Under the pieces are notes generated by a model. The model saw only the letters and a program-made list of their open reading frames with translations, had not been told where the DNA came from and did no database searches. The position numbers and the translations under genes were made by a program. This document shows, one piece after another, positions 11,900 through 24,910 of a stretch of 64,000 nucleotides of DNA. This DNA comes from Octopus bimaculoides (lineage: Eukaryota), in assembly GCF_001194135.2 (NCBI RefSeq), contig NC_068981.1, positions 174,142,318 through 174,206,317 on the forward strand, written 5' to 3'. Position 1 is the first letter of the stretch. The number at the start of each line of letters is the position of its first letter.

Positions 11900-12529
11900 T
11901 GTAGACTTACCCAGAGTAATTCTCCATTGGTTTTGACTCTGGAAATAATTTATCAATATATCAGCAAGGGAATTGTTTTATTGGGAGAGATCATGAGTTT
12001 GAACGATCAATAATTTGATATTAACTCGAAGTTCCGATATTAATTTCTCACTTGACGTACTTTCTGCCCCATAAAATTAAAATCGTTTCAATCACCGATT
12101 TCTCAAACGATAAATTATGCTCGGAAGTTCGGCACAGGTTGTGCTGATTCTACACTCTGAATGAAATTTATGATGCAATATGGGAACCTCTACCTCCAGG
12201 AACAAAAAAAAAAAAAAAAAAAANNNNNNNNNNNNNNNNNNNNNNNNNNNNNNNNNNNNNNNNNNNNNNNNNNNNNNNNNNNNNNNNNNNNNNNNNNNNN
12301 NNNNNNNNNNNNNNNNNNNNNNNNNNNNNNNNNNNNNNNNNNNNNNNNNNNNNNNNNNNNNNNNNNNNNNNNNNNNNNNNNNNNNNNNNNNNNNNNNNNN
12401 NNNNNNNNNNNNNNNNNNNNNNNNNNNNNNNNNNNNNNNNNNNNNNNNNNNNNNNNNNNNNNNNNNNNNNNNNNNNNNNNNNNNNNNNNNNNNNNNNNNN
12501 NNNNNNNNNNNNNNNNNNNNNNNNNNNNN

Positions 12530-12563
<34 letters not shown>

Positions 12564-13379
12564 CATTTATATATATTTATGTGGGTGTATGTATATATAT
12601 ATATATATACATACATATACACACATACATGCGTTATACATATATATATATATATATGTGTGCGTGCGCACGCGCTTGAATGTGTGTGTGTGTGCGCGCG
12701 TTTGTGTGTATGTATGTATTTATGTATGCGTGTCAATAGTATGATTTTACTTTACATATGGATAGTCAGGAAGAGAATAGGGAAGTAAGTCATGAAAACT
12801 TTATATTTATAGAAAACAATATCAGAGTTTGGGTCTCATACTCTCAGCATAGGTATGGATAACTGCAGTTAAAAATAATCGATGTAAATGGTTACCTGGA
12901 TTCATCTTCAATTTGTCAGTTGATCGGAAGACAATATTGTCTTACGACATTTTCTTAGTCCTGAGTTCTTAGTTCTGAGTTCAAATGTCCCTCTCCAAGT
13001 GTTGCTAAAATTATCACCCGTTGTTGTCGTTGTTGTATAACCCCAAATCATTTGTGGTGCACGTTGATAGTCGATAGTCAGAGTGACAAATCCATTGCTA
13101 TACCTTCAAACTAGTGTAGATCGTATTGCATACTCCACCCTGCATTGTTTTGTTTGAGGGGTTTCAGTATAATAGGATGTTGATGCTGCATTTTTATCTT
13201 TTGTTTTCTGTAAGCCTGTAGGTTGTAGTGGAGGTTACAGTTGAGACGGGTAAGGTTTACGCAATCAAAGCGTGACATTTTCTGTTGATCTTCACTTGTT
13301 GGCGGGTTACAGCGTTTGGGCTCTTGCGTTCATTGAAACCGCTGTCATATGTGTATATGCTTTTTATGCTTGTGTAGAA

Positions 13380-13804
13380 CTGTGTTTCCCAACCTATTTT
13401 CCCAAGGTTCCACTATAACTTTTCAGAAAATGTGCTGAGGTCATCTCTACAGGTTTTCTATAGAAATCATTGCCAGCAATGATTTTGTCAGGTTTCGTTA
13501 CACAGTTTGACTTATAAAAACATTTCAGTAAAAATGTGTCCCATCGGTAGTTGAAAAAAACAACAACAACCTTATTTTAAATATTTTATCACAAGTATTC
13601 AATACAAAAGAATCTACTGGTAACTCTTTCTTTAAGTACTGAGTACAAAAAAGTACACAGTTTACTAAAAAAAAAAAAGATTTTCACAATTCTATGTCCC
13701 ACAAAAAGAAAAAAGAAAAGAAAGAAGAATTTGGATGCCACGCTCCACCACAATTTTTCCAAGCACTACCGGTGGGGGCGTATGTTCCACATTGGGAATC
13801 ACTA
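13380..13804. mobile_element. hAT (Charlie-like) MITE
   Basis: TIRs ctgtgtttcccaacc / ttgggaatcacta. Flanks gtgtagaa and atatagag resemble a decayed 8-bp TSD. Confidence 0.65.
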
Positions 13805-13809
13805 ATATA

Positions 13810-15390
13810 GAGTTAGTGGAAACGTAAAAAACTCATGATGGAGTTGTGTTCGTATTATGAGCATAACGTTGCAACGCCTGTTTGTATGGGGCTGTGAGTG
13901 AGTAAGAAGTGACAAGGACTGTAGAAGTTGGGCTGTAAAGGAAGTGTCTTGTGTTTTGTCTAGCGTATGTATCAGTGGTAAGTCAGTTGCTGAAATGAAG
14001 TCAAAAGAATTACTGATGTCAATAGTAATTTATATGATTCATATAATGTTTTGTTGATGTTCTAATCATGTTCTAATCACAATACATTCTATGTGGAAGG
14101 TTTTTGGAGTAATACACTGGTTGATTGTAGTGGTTTGACTCCATATTCCAAGTGGAAATTAGGAATGTGTGGATTAACGGGATCAAGAATGACATTTTCT
14201 AGAATATTTGAAGGTGTTCATAAGTGAAGAGAAAAGTTTGTCAGATATTGTTTCGGTTGGGTTCTTTTGGGTTTTAGGATTAAAATTTCTCCTAGTTTCT
14301 AGGTTCTCTAATTTGGCCGTGTTGGTATAGTATTTGAAGATGTCAATGAGTGCAAAAATTTCTTCAGGCACTCGGTGTATATTTGTGATTTCCTTAAACT
14401 CTCACTTTAGATTTCCTTATCTCTTTTCTGGTATTTGAATGAGAAGAGATAAGTCACAGTCGTGGTCTCATCTGTTTATGTTTGTGTTTTTGTATTAGTT
14501 TTGTTGGCTGATTTTTGAAAAGCGTTTGATAAAAGAATTTGATTACTGTTGAATTGTGGACGTGCTACTACTTGGTGGTATATGTTGGGCACAAATACTG
14601 GGTTCAAATTTTAGCACAAGGCCAGCAATTTCGGGGCAGGAGATAAGTCAATTTCATCGATTCCATTGCTCATCTGGTACTTATTTTATCATCGACCTCC
14701 GATAGGATGAAAGACAAAGTCGACGGAATTTGAACTCAGAACATAAAGACGGACGAAATACCACTAAGCATCTCACTCTACTTGCTTACAATTCTGCCTG
14801 CTCGCCGCCTTAGTTGGACACAAAGATTGATCAGGTTTCTGCTGTTCCTTGTTTTTTTTTCTATTTTCTTTGTTATATCCTTTCTTTATTGTTTTATTTG
14901 TTGTGAGTGTTGTCATATTGTGTCTGAGATAGCACCGAAGAAACTAACAATTTCAGGTGTATTGTTGGGATTGTGTTATATTTCATATATTTAGAAAATT
15001 CTATGTCTATTTTGTTGAGTGTATGCACTGCAGTATCTTTGTTGTGGATTATTCTGTTGTGAATCCTACGAATTTAATTCTTTCTCTTGGAATTTAATTT
15101 TTTCTCTCATGGTTTCATTAGAACTTTTTCAGTTTGTGAAAGTATTTTCTTTCGTTCAATGATGTCTGAGTTTGCTGTGAGGAAGATGCGCTAGTACTCA
15201 GAGGCAAGATGGGGAATTAATTGCCGTATGTTTATAATGATTAAATGTGATCAGAAGAAAGAGCTGATTGGAGAGGAGCTGCGATTCGTTTGATGAGAAA
15301 TGTAGATAAATTAGCGTCAGTTGTTTATAATGAAGAAAAAAGACCAACAACTTACATTTGATGAATTTGATGTGATTATGTTCCCTTTTC
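13810..15390 (-). mobile_element. Heavily decayed retroelement ORF, possibly the N-terminal region of a Penelope-like element; interrupted by SINE-A at 14598-14810
   Basis: A-rich minus strand with long semi-open frames: KYMKYNTIPTIHLKL, TVTYLFSFKYQKRDKEI*SESL, RRNFNPK. These resemble Penelope N-terminal motifs (C..YNIIPKGL, TV.NLS...E..L.KGL). By-eye match only. Confidence 0.4.
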
Positions 15391-15414
15391 TTGTATTATT
15401 GTTTTTGTACTAGT

Positions 15415-15625
15415 ATGCGAGCTGGCAGAATCATCATTATACCTCGGACAAAACTGCTTAACGACATTTCTTCTAGTTCCTTACATTCTGAGTTCAAATG
15501 TCGCCGAAGTCGATTTTGTCCTTCATCCTTTCGCTGTCGATAAAATAATGTATCACTCAAGTAATGGGGTCGAAGTAATCGACTTTTTCATCCCCTAACC
15601 TTGTGCCATAACAGGAAAGAATTAT
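15415..15625 (+). mobile_element. SINE-A copy
   Basis: gcgagctggcagaatc...ctgagttcaaatgtcgccgaagtcga...ccttgtgcc. Confidence 0.82.
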
Positions 15626-16389
15626 TTTTGTACTAAGATGTACTCTGTGCATTAATCTTCTGACGAGAGTGTTTGGAAATATCTCAGCATTGAGGGAAGA
15701 TTTGTGGTGTTGAAAGCAGTGTGTATAAGTGTTGGTGTGCATGCGTTTATGTCATGTTACTGAATCTCATATTTCATTTTGAACTAATCCTGTATTTTTG
15801 ATGAGTTGTTATGCCGGATTCATGTTCAAGTGTTGTTTGTAGTATTTTAAATATATATATAATGAAACTTTCATGAGGACTACGTTATCAATTGTGTATT
15901 TCCTTTGTAACTCAGAAGGGAGTGATTTGGCTGCTAATTCCTGAAGCTTTGACAACCGCAAATCTACAGTTTTGTTGGCTAGAAATATTTCCAGTGCTAT
16001 AGGGTTGATAACTCATTTGAATTTACTCAGCATACAAAGAACGACATTGAACATATTGGACAGTCAATAATTTCAATAGGAAATTTCGGGACAAGAGATC
16101 TGTAAATATAGTAAAGAATCAAAACAGCCATCTTTGTATCATACTTAATGCATACACACTGTTGATAAGCCAGTTACAACTGTATTTTTCCCAAGGTAAC
16201 ATTTCATATGGTTAGGCTGTGTTATTTATTGGGCATATCTGGCTCTCTCATTGGCTGTTGCTGGGACGAATTTTCATCTCTCTCTGATATTTATTTATGT
16301 GTTAAAAACACACGTGTTTTTAACACAGAAAGAGATGTTTTAACACAGAAAGAGATGTTCATAAGATATGTTATCTTAAGACAAATACT

Positions 16390-16725
16390 GCAATGTCTGG
16401 CCTATCAACAGCGTGTCGGGCTCACAATCATGAGGTAGTGAGATCGATTCCCTGACCGGACTGTGTATTGTGTTCTCGAACAAGACACTTTATTTCATGT
16501 TGCTTCAGTTCACTCAGCTGTAGAAATGAGTTGTGACGTCACTGGTGTCAAGCTGTATTGGCCTTTGTCTTTCACTTGGATAACATTGGTGGCGTGGAGA
16601 GGGGAGGCTGGTATACACGATCGACTTCTGGTCTTCCATAAACAACCTTGGCCCAGACTTGTGCCTAGGAGGGGAACTTTCTAGGTGCAATCCCATGACC
16701 ATTCATGACCAAAGGAGGTCTTTAC
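16390..16725 (+). mobile_element. tRNA-derived SINE, family E, with CORE/Meta-type central domain
   Basis: tRNA-like head, then tgttctcgaacaagacactttatttcatgttgcttcagttcactcagctgtagaaatgag. The same domain occurs on the minus strand at about 50760-50830. Confidence 0.7.
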
Positions 16726-18331
16726 TATTTTTTTCACCCTTTATGGTTATTTTAATTAAACACTGCTTGAATTGTTCATGTCGGATAACAAAGAATGATT
16801 AATACAAATTTTCAAGTCGAAATGTTTTTTTTACTGAAAATTAATTATGAAAGTGCAACTCGAGAAATAACATTATTCAGTTACAGTGGAACTGTCTAGA
16901 CTACTGAAAACATGTTAGAAAACAAGGAATATCAGAAAGAACAGTTTCTAACAGTCTAAAATATCATCAATGGCGTTTGGCATTATTTGATATTGACTTA
17001 ATTGATTAAATTTATATTGAATTTCATAGTTATTGTTCTTTGAGTGTTGTTGTTGTTGTGATAGTGATGGTGTATCTCAAAATTAACTCTGATTGTGCAG
17101 ACCATGGCTGTGTAAGTGGTTGACTGATAGACTAAGTGTAATTAGTTATCATATTTTTCAGGTGTAGGTGTTTGTCGTGTAACCCATTTACTCTCTCAAT
17201 CATCGCCGAAGACTTCATAGGTTTATATAAATGTATTACAATATTGCATCACTTTACAAGAAATTTATTCTCTCTTCGTATAACAACAACAGCAGCTGCA
17301 ACAACAACAACAACAATAACAAAAATCCCCCAAAATTGAATTCTCAAAACACCCGAGTTGTTTGAGAACTCAATTTGAGAGTGTCTGCGTGTTTTGAAAG
17401 CTACAATGGTCATCGTCTTTACAACCGCCTGACTTCTAAAAATAGCAGCTAGACACACTCAACCCACACCTAACTATCTTTAAAAGAAATATCACGTGGG
17501 ACTACTTAGTCCTCCAGCTTCAGAGGGTCACAACTGAAATGCTTTTGATTATAACCCTCTATCTAACTGATCGAGGCTGTTCTCAGGTAAACGATAAAAT
17601 AAATATAATTTTATGGTTATTTATTTAGCGCAGTAAAGAAATTCGAACTGCCCACATTTTGCTAGGCTGCCTAGAGTTACTGTGACATTTCTTTTTGAAG
17701 CTACAGTTAAGAAATGATTCTCAATATTGTCTTTATCAATGTCTTCTGATATTTTCTCTGGTGATTTATTTTCCGAAATTCATGTATTCAGCAAAGTAAA
17801 TCTTCTGAATTCAAACTGTAAATATACACATCGCAGCTTATTTTATCCGAATTAATCCTAAGATTAATCAAATACTCCGATCTGAATCGGAATTCGAAAT
17901 TTTGTTATTATTAAAATGTGATTTAAAAATACAACTTTCTGATTGAATCGCATTATAAAGTTCTATTGTATTTTAAGTAGCAGACTAGTAGTCTCTTCTT
18001 ATACTATATAAGCTGTTGATATCTTCCTTTGTGTAATTTGTAGCTTTAACGGAAACAATGATTTCAAATAGACTAAAGTAAAGAGTCTCTAGACCTTGGC
18101 TTGTCGAATTACACGGAATCGATAATTAAATTAGTATTTCTGTTGATTAGATCTCGACCGTTTTGGAACACGCCACACACACATAAATTCATACATACAC
18201 ACAGATACAACGACGCGTATATTAAGACTCATATAGACACATACATAAGACTTAGCTTTGTTATAAACTCCACAGCGAATTTTTATAAAGAAAATGTTAA
18301 CAAAATAAGAGATACACGAACACACAAAAGT

Positions 18332-18375
<44 letters not shown>

Positions 18376-18895
18376 TGTGTATAAGCATGTATTTGTGAGT
18401 TTACGCGGAAATAAATATTTCTGTGTAATTGGGGTCTTTTTGAGTTGTTTGTATATGTTTTATTTTTAATTTTCATTATTTGAATTCTTCCAATTAAGTA
18501 GAGAGCTAGTTTCAAACAAACAAAACTCCTTCGCTGCACTTTTTATGACAACAACGGCGAAGAGTTTCGTGATGAACAGATTATATTTGCAAATTGCGAG
18601 TTAACTTGTCACTTTCTTTGCCTAAAAATCCCAGCTTTTCGAAATGGGCCACTGAAACATTTACTAACATAGTTTGTGAATTTATAATAGTAACTGTCGG
18701 TTACTGTCGAAGTGGTTGTCCGTAAACATTCTCTTTCTCACTGATTTTGATAAAAATGCTCACAACTACAGAAGAGCTGACCTCTATAGCTCTATATAAT
18801 GTTTCTTTTCTGCTCAAAGGAACTATATCAGACTTGTTATATCTGAATTTGGCGGAAGTTTTGACGAGAATATTCCACTGATATTCCTTCTGTTG

Positions 18896-18938
18896 AAGTG
18901 TTTCAGATCCGCAGGATTCGAACCATATTAAGAGTTCT

Positions 18939-18973
<35 letters not shown>

Positions 18974-19357
18974 NNNNNNNNNNNNNNNNNNNNNNNNNNN
19001 NNNNNNNNNNNNNNNNNNNNNNNNNNNNNNNNNNNNNNNNNNNNNNNNNNNNNNNNNNNNNNNNNNNNNNNNNNNNNNNNNNNNNNNNNNNNNNNNNNNN
19101 NNNNNNNNNNNNNNNNNNNNNNNNNNNNNNNNNNNNNNNNNNNNNNNNNNNNNNNNNNNNNNNNNNNNNNNNNNNNNNNNNNNNNNNNNNNNNNNNNNNN
19201 NNNNNNNNNNNNNNNNNNNNNNNNNNNNNNNNNNNNNNNNNNNNNNNNNNNNNNNNNNNNNNNNNNNNNNNNNNNNNNNNNNNNNNNNNNNNNNNNNNNN
19301 NNNNNNNNNNNNNNNAACTTTTAACATGGTTCGAATCCTGCAGATCTGAAACACTGC
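18896..19357. mobile_element. Short inverted-repeat element (about 40-bp TIRs, hAT-like cagtgtttc end) around (TA)n and a gap
   Basis: agtgtttcagatccgcaggattcgaaccatattaa vs ttaacatggttcgaatcctgcagatctgaaacact. A few mismatches argue against a pure assembly duplication. Confidence 0.65.
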
Positions 19358-20207
19358 TTACCTAATGACCAGATTGAAACATGTGTAGGCACTTTTTATA
19401 TTTTTTTCTGTTAATTTATGTTCCTTTTAATTTTATTTGCATTAAATGGTTTGCTATGTTTTTATCGAGATGCAAATAAAAAAGTATCCACTATATTTTT
19501 TCTCCATTTTCTTACATCAATATATATATATATATATATATATATTACCGTTGGTGATCCTGTATCCATATATGCATATGTATATATTTCTCTTTCTCCT
19601 GTTCTCTCTCTCGTTGCTCACACGTGACCATCGTCCATCTTTCTTTTCCTCACGTGATCATCTTTTTTTTCTTTCAGAACTGTCCTAACGACTGGACGTA
19701 TCCTATTTCTCTCTCTTCTATCTTTTCTCTTGTAAAAGAAAATATTTCTCCAGCGTTCGCTATTTTACATTTGTTCTGATCTAACGACCTTCCATATTTG
19801 TTTTCGTTCGGTTTCCTTGTATGTCTCCATTGTCCTGTGTTTGTTCTCAGTCGTGTTCTAGATTATCTTTGCAATTTCGGCTGGTTATACTCGAGATTGC
19901 TCCAATCTGGCCAGCCCCAAGGAAAAACTAAGCTAAGAGCACTAGATTCCTTGGAAGAAAGCAGCGAATGTGTACGAAAACAAGGACAGTTAAAACGAAG
20001 AAACGGTACACAAATACAAATGCAAATAAAAGACATTAACAACAGGTGTCTTTCGACTAAGGACTACTCTCCGGTAGATATATATAGCGCAATGACTCCA
20101 AAAATTGTATTAAGATTGTCCTATTAACTCTAATTAATTAATTAATCATCTGCTATTTTAATACAAAAATTTCCACAATAACAATGCTATGAATATATTA
20201 TATGTTA

Positions 20208-20765
20208 TGAACGTTCTGAGTTAAAATACTGCCGAGGTTGACTCAACCTTTCATCCGAGATCGATAAAATAAGTACTCTTTTACTCTTTTACTATTTTAC
20301 TTGTTTCAGTCATTTGACAGCGGCTATGCTGGAGCACCGCCTTTATAGTCGAGCAAATCGACCCCAGAGCTTATTCATTGTAAGCCTAGTACTTATTCTA
20401 TCGGTCTTTTTTGCCGAACCGCTAAGTTACGGGGACGTAAACACACCAGCATCAGTTGTCAAGCAATGCTGGGGGGGGGGACAAATAAACCCACAAACAC
20501 ACACATACATATATANNNNNNNNNNTCCAGTTTCCGTCTACCAAATCCACTCACAAAGCTTTGGTCGGCCCGAGGCTATAGTAGAAGACACTTGCCCAAG
20601 GTGCCACACAGTGGGACTGAACCCGGGACCATGTGGTTGGTAAGCAAGCTACTTACCACACAGCCACTCCTGCGCCTAAGTATCAATTGAGGACTTGGGT
20701 CGATGTTATCGACTTACCCCTCCCTTGAACTTGCTGGCTTTGCGCCCAAATTTTAAATCATTATA
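20208..20765 (+). mobile_element. SINE-A split by an antisense full-length SINE-B (20276-20677)
   Basis: The A body stops at gataaaataagta (20275) and resumes at aagtatcaattgagg (20678). aagta is duplicated as a TSD. Confidence 0.85.
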
Positions 20766-21824
20766 TTACGTGCTATTAGAACGTCACATATATGCAATTT
20801 ATTTCAACATAAAAGCTCAGAACACACTGCATTAGAGCGTACAGTAATTGTAACATAAAAATAACGATAAAACATAAAATGATCAGTTACTCAATACAAT
20901 ATTTTACAGACGTTCTAGAGTGACTTTCCCCAGGACAATCCTGTTGAAGGTCCCAGCTGTAATCTTTTATCATATATAGCATCTCACCTCCTCTGGCACG
21001 TCTCTTTTATTGTTTTTATAAGACAATAAAATCTCCTTGTTCTTTGTTTAAACCATCAAGCTTTCCTGGAAAGCGATCTAAAGTGACTGATGCTCATCTT
21101 ACAACCTGTTAATTGGAGAAAACGCCTTCGACTAATTTAGAGACATTGTCGTATCATGGTTTCCAAGAAAGTATTTGGCCACTAGAACAAAAATCATAAG
21201 GCTCGTTCCATCCATTGAATCTATGAAATATGGATCTTTTCATAACAATAGCTGCTTTAAGTTTCTTCCTGTGCTCAGTTCATTTACTGGAGAAGTAGCC
21301 CCCCCCCACCAAAAGCGTATTATTTGTTGTATGCTCTTCTTTATGTTGTAGTGTTGAAATAAACAGATTTAATATATTATGTATTTTTTTAAAAATAGCG
21401 TCTAATTTCATATATTAATAACAACGTTATTTTAATTTTTGTAAAATAACAAATCATTAATTAATTATAGTTGATAAGATAAAATCGATGATACTTTCGG
21501 AATCAATACTCCAAACACACACAAGAATAGGTTTAACCTCTAAGACACGAACATTTATGGTGCATCCGCGGTTTCTAATTTCAGTGCAAGAGCTGATACA
21601 TCATGAGATAAAGAGGATAAGTTGTAGTTCAAAAAGTAGAGGGGATTGGGAAAAACTGGTGGTAAGTTTGGAATCTTTACCATAAATACACGTATGAACA
21701 GTTTCTAACAAGGTAAGCTTCTTAACCACGCTGCCATTCCTACGCCTATGCTATTATAATTATTTTGTTATATTTGTTGTTGTTATCACACCAACTGATT
21801 AATATAGTCGTTGTTAATGCGACA

Positions 21825-22258
21825 ATCTGGTAAAATCGTTAGCACCTCAGTCAAACTGCTTCGCAGCATTTTTTCCCCAACTCTTTACATTTTGAGTTCA
21901 AATTCCGTCAAGGTCGACTTTGCCTTTTATCCTTTCGGATAAAATAAGTACCAGCTGAACACAGATCTATGTAATCGACCTAACCCACCCCCGAAATTGC
22001 TGGCCTTGTGCCAAAATTTTAAGACCAATATTATTATAGTTGTTAAGACATCAAGCCGGCAGAATCGTTAGCACGCCGGACAAAATGCTTAGCAGCATTT
22101 CTTTCCTCTTTAAATTCTGAGTTCAAATTCCGCCTAGGTCGACTTTGTCTTTCATCATTTCAGGAGTCGATAAAATAGATATCAGTAGAGCACTGGGGTC
22201 AATGTAATCGACTTACTCTTCCACTAAAATGCTGGACTTGTGCCAAAGTTTGAACGAA
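21825..22258 (+). mobile_element. Two head-to-tail SINE-A copies
   Basis: Copies at about 21825-22030 and 22053-22258, joined by aatattattatagttgtt. Confidence 0.85.
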
Positions 22259-22341
22259 ACGTTATTGTAGTTGTTGCTTCGCCCCCGAGTCAGATATATT
22301 TCAATAACCGTGACAATCCGGTCATCTTCCTGTACATCTAG

Positions 22342-22951
22342 AACTACATTATCTAAGGCAGTTCTAGATGTCGTTCTATTCTTAAAACAATAGCATGTGG
22401 CTTGATAAAATTTAGCAATTTGGCTACTATTTCTAGCTGGTCAAACAACCAATTGCATAGAAGTCATTTGTTAGGCTTATTGCAGTGATTTTGATGTAAC
22501 TACATCATCTATTGTAGTTCTAGATGTCCTTCCACTCTTTAGACAAAAGTATATGTTTTGAGAAAATTTGACAATTTGGCTATTATTTCTTGTAGGTCGA
22601 GGAATTAATTGCATATAGACTCTTTCGTAGGCTCATTGCAATCGTTTTGTTGTAACTACATTATCTAATGCAGTTCTAGATTTCCTTCCATTCTTTAGTG
22701 AAAATCACGTGGTTTGATGGAATTTAGCTACTCTTTCTAACAGGTCGAACTACTAATTGCATAGAGATTCCTTGGTAGGCTCATTGCATTTGTTTTATTG
22801 TAACTATATTATCTAATGAAGTTCTAAATGTCCTTCCATTCTTAAGATAATAGCATGTGGTTTGAAAAAAATTAGCAATTTGGCTACTATTTCAAGCAGG
22901 TTGAGAAACTGACTGATTGCATAGCGGCTCCTTGGTAGGCTCGTTGCAGTT
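22342..22951. repeat. Four diverged tandem copies of a roughly 155-bp unit
   Basis: aactac(a)ttatct recurs at 22342, 22498, 22654 and 22802 (periods 156, 156, 148). Confidence 0.9.
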
Positions 22952-23743
22952 GTTATTTTTGTTGACGATGATGATGTAATTTCTGACATTGTTTTTATTA
23001 TTTTTTGTTACACAATGTCACCATACAATCTCTCAACATTGCTTAGCCTAACGCCAACATAGTTCTTTCCTTCTTCGTAATCAGTTCCAAACATCTGTTA
23101 CAATGTTTAAACAATACCCAATAACACTCACTCCACCCAAGAATATCACCACAAGTGTCACCACCACCACCACCACTCAAATGCCAACACGACTCTTAAC
23201 TTAAATGTGCACAAGATATTCGGTGAAAGAAAAACAAAAGCCTTGATCTATCTTCAGATTATCTCAACACGCAGCTGATTATGTGATATTATAGATCTCC
23301 TGGCAGTACAATGATTATAAAGAGGTTTCGAGTCACGTTCATAGAGGTTGTTTGACTTTTGACATTCTGTTGCTTTCATTTTTTAGACACTAGATATTTT
23401 TCTTTCCTTTTAATTTTACTTTATATATTTATTATTTTTTTAAAATTTGCATTTTTTTCCTTCCACTCTTTGTTCCTTGTTAATCAATTGTCATTGTGGT
23501 TTGGCGGATTTCTCAAATAATATTTGCACTAATTTCGTGTTGTTCTAGTGTCAAGCTTAAACATGCTCAAAACGTTGGCACGTTTTGTCAGATAACTATA
23601 GACACAGGAGAATGACGTAATACACACAGAAAACGCACACACATTTGCATGCATATACGTGTACACACACATACACACACATACATATATATGTAAGTAT
23701 ATGCATATATATGTGTGTGTATATACATGTATATAAATGTGTG

Positions 23744-23856
<113 letters not shown>

Positions 23857-23900
23857 CTATAATAATAACAATAATAATAATAACAGCAACATCAACAATA

Positions 23901-24077
23901 AAAATGTCCTGTAGAGCGTCCCCAGAAAGTTTGCCTCCTAGGCACAGAGAAGATTATCAGAAGTGTTTTTAGCGCTTGAAAGATTATTGGAGGCTTGTGG
24001 ATATTTAAGGTTATAGGTAATAACCCCTAAACCCACATAAATTCTACCAGTAGTCATACCAAACCTGAGTTAAATCG
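23901..24077 (+). mobile_element. Extremely 5'-truncated R4/Dong-like element (last codons plus 3' UTR) inside (AAT)n
   Basis: KCPVERPQKVCLLGTEKIIRSVFSA* (23902-23979) parallels LQKTALLGTDRILR at 11.4 kb. (AAT)n at 23860-23883 and 24078-24086, followed by a minus-strand SINE-A (24087-24270). Confidence 0.72.
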
Positions 24078-24589
24078 AATAATAATCCTATTATAGGCAC
24101 AAGGCCAGAAATTTTGTGGGGAAGGGTGCTAATATATGACTGGTACTTATTTCCTCGACCCCGAAAGGATGCAAGGCAAAGTTGACCTCGGTGGAAATAG
24201 AGATCGGAATGTAAAGCCAGAAGAATTGTTGCAGAAGAAGAGCAGCATTGCCAAAAGCCTTTACAAGTTCTCTCACTCTTGCGAGATTAAAACAGTCCAC
24301 ATTCAACTGGTAAAACTTGAGGGAGGAATGAATTCCATAGTGTGATAATTCTGGATGAGCAGGAATGTTTAGCGTTGGTGGTGGGGTTGAGATGTGAAAT
24401 ACAAATCTGGTGGGACAAGTAGGCTTTGGTTGAAAAAGAGTATGCAGTTAGCTGCTTTAGAAGAGCAGAAGTTACCTTAGTAAGCTAATTGTTGAAATAT
24501 GTTAGCGATTGAATCTTTGTCAAACAGTCGAATAACTTCATCTTAGACATGGTCTAAAATGTTGTTGTGTGTAATAGGCGTATGTATAA

Positions 24590-24910
24590 TTTTACAAACA
24601 AAACAATATCGCAAGAATACAGCAGGGATGTGGTTGAAGTCTGTCGAAGCCAACTATTATTCATTTGATTATAATACACCAAGGGAGTTTACAACTTGTC
24701 GGACACCCTAAAGTATACCAACAACGTAGTATTCAAAATAACCCGTGATTTGGAACAACCTCTAGGCGCTAAATACTCATAGGATTGGTTTTCTCTGTAT
24801 ACAGAACCGAAATATCCTATTTGATAGTCACAAACCATAGACCGGAATCACAGAGACTATGCAACCCTATCTGGTGCATCTCTTTTCAAGTACCTGATTC
24901 TATATCAATC
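24590..24910 (+). mobile_element. Old RLE-type non-LTR relic (post-RT to zinc-knuckle region)
   Basis: AGMWLKSVEANY resembles GGRGLKSVE..Y. ETMQ/LSGASL resembles ETIQHI.SGC..L. Many stops and frameshifts. Confidence 0.35.

Noticed and set aside
13222-13249. Exon-like segment with good splice signals
   Set aside because: Two of three frames are blocked, and it lies next to minus-strand retroelement debris.
22342-22951. CRISPR-like or other repeat-spacer array
   Set aside because: Whole units are homologous with no unique spacers, and the context is eukaryotic.
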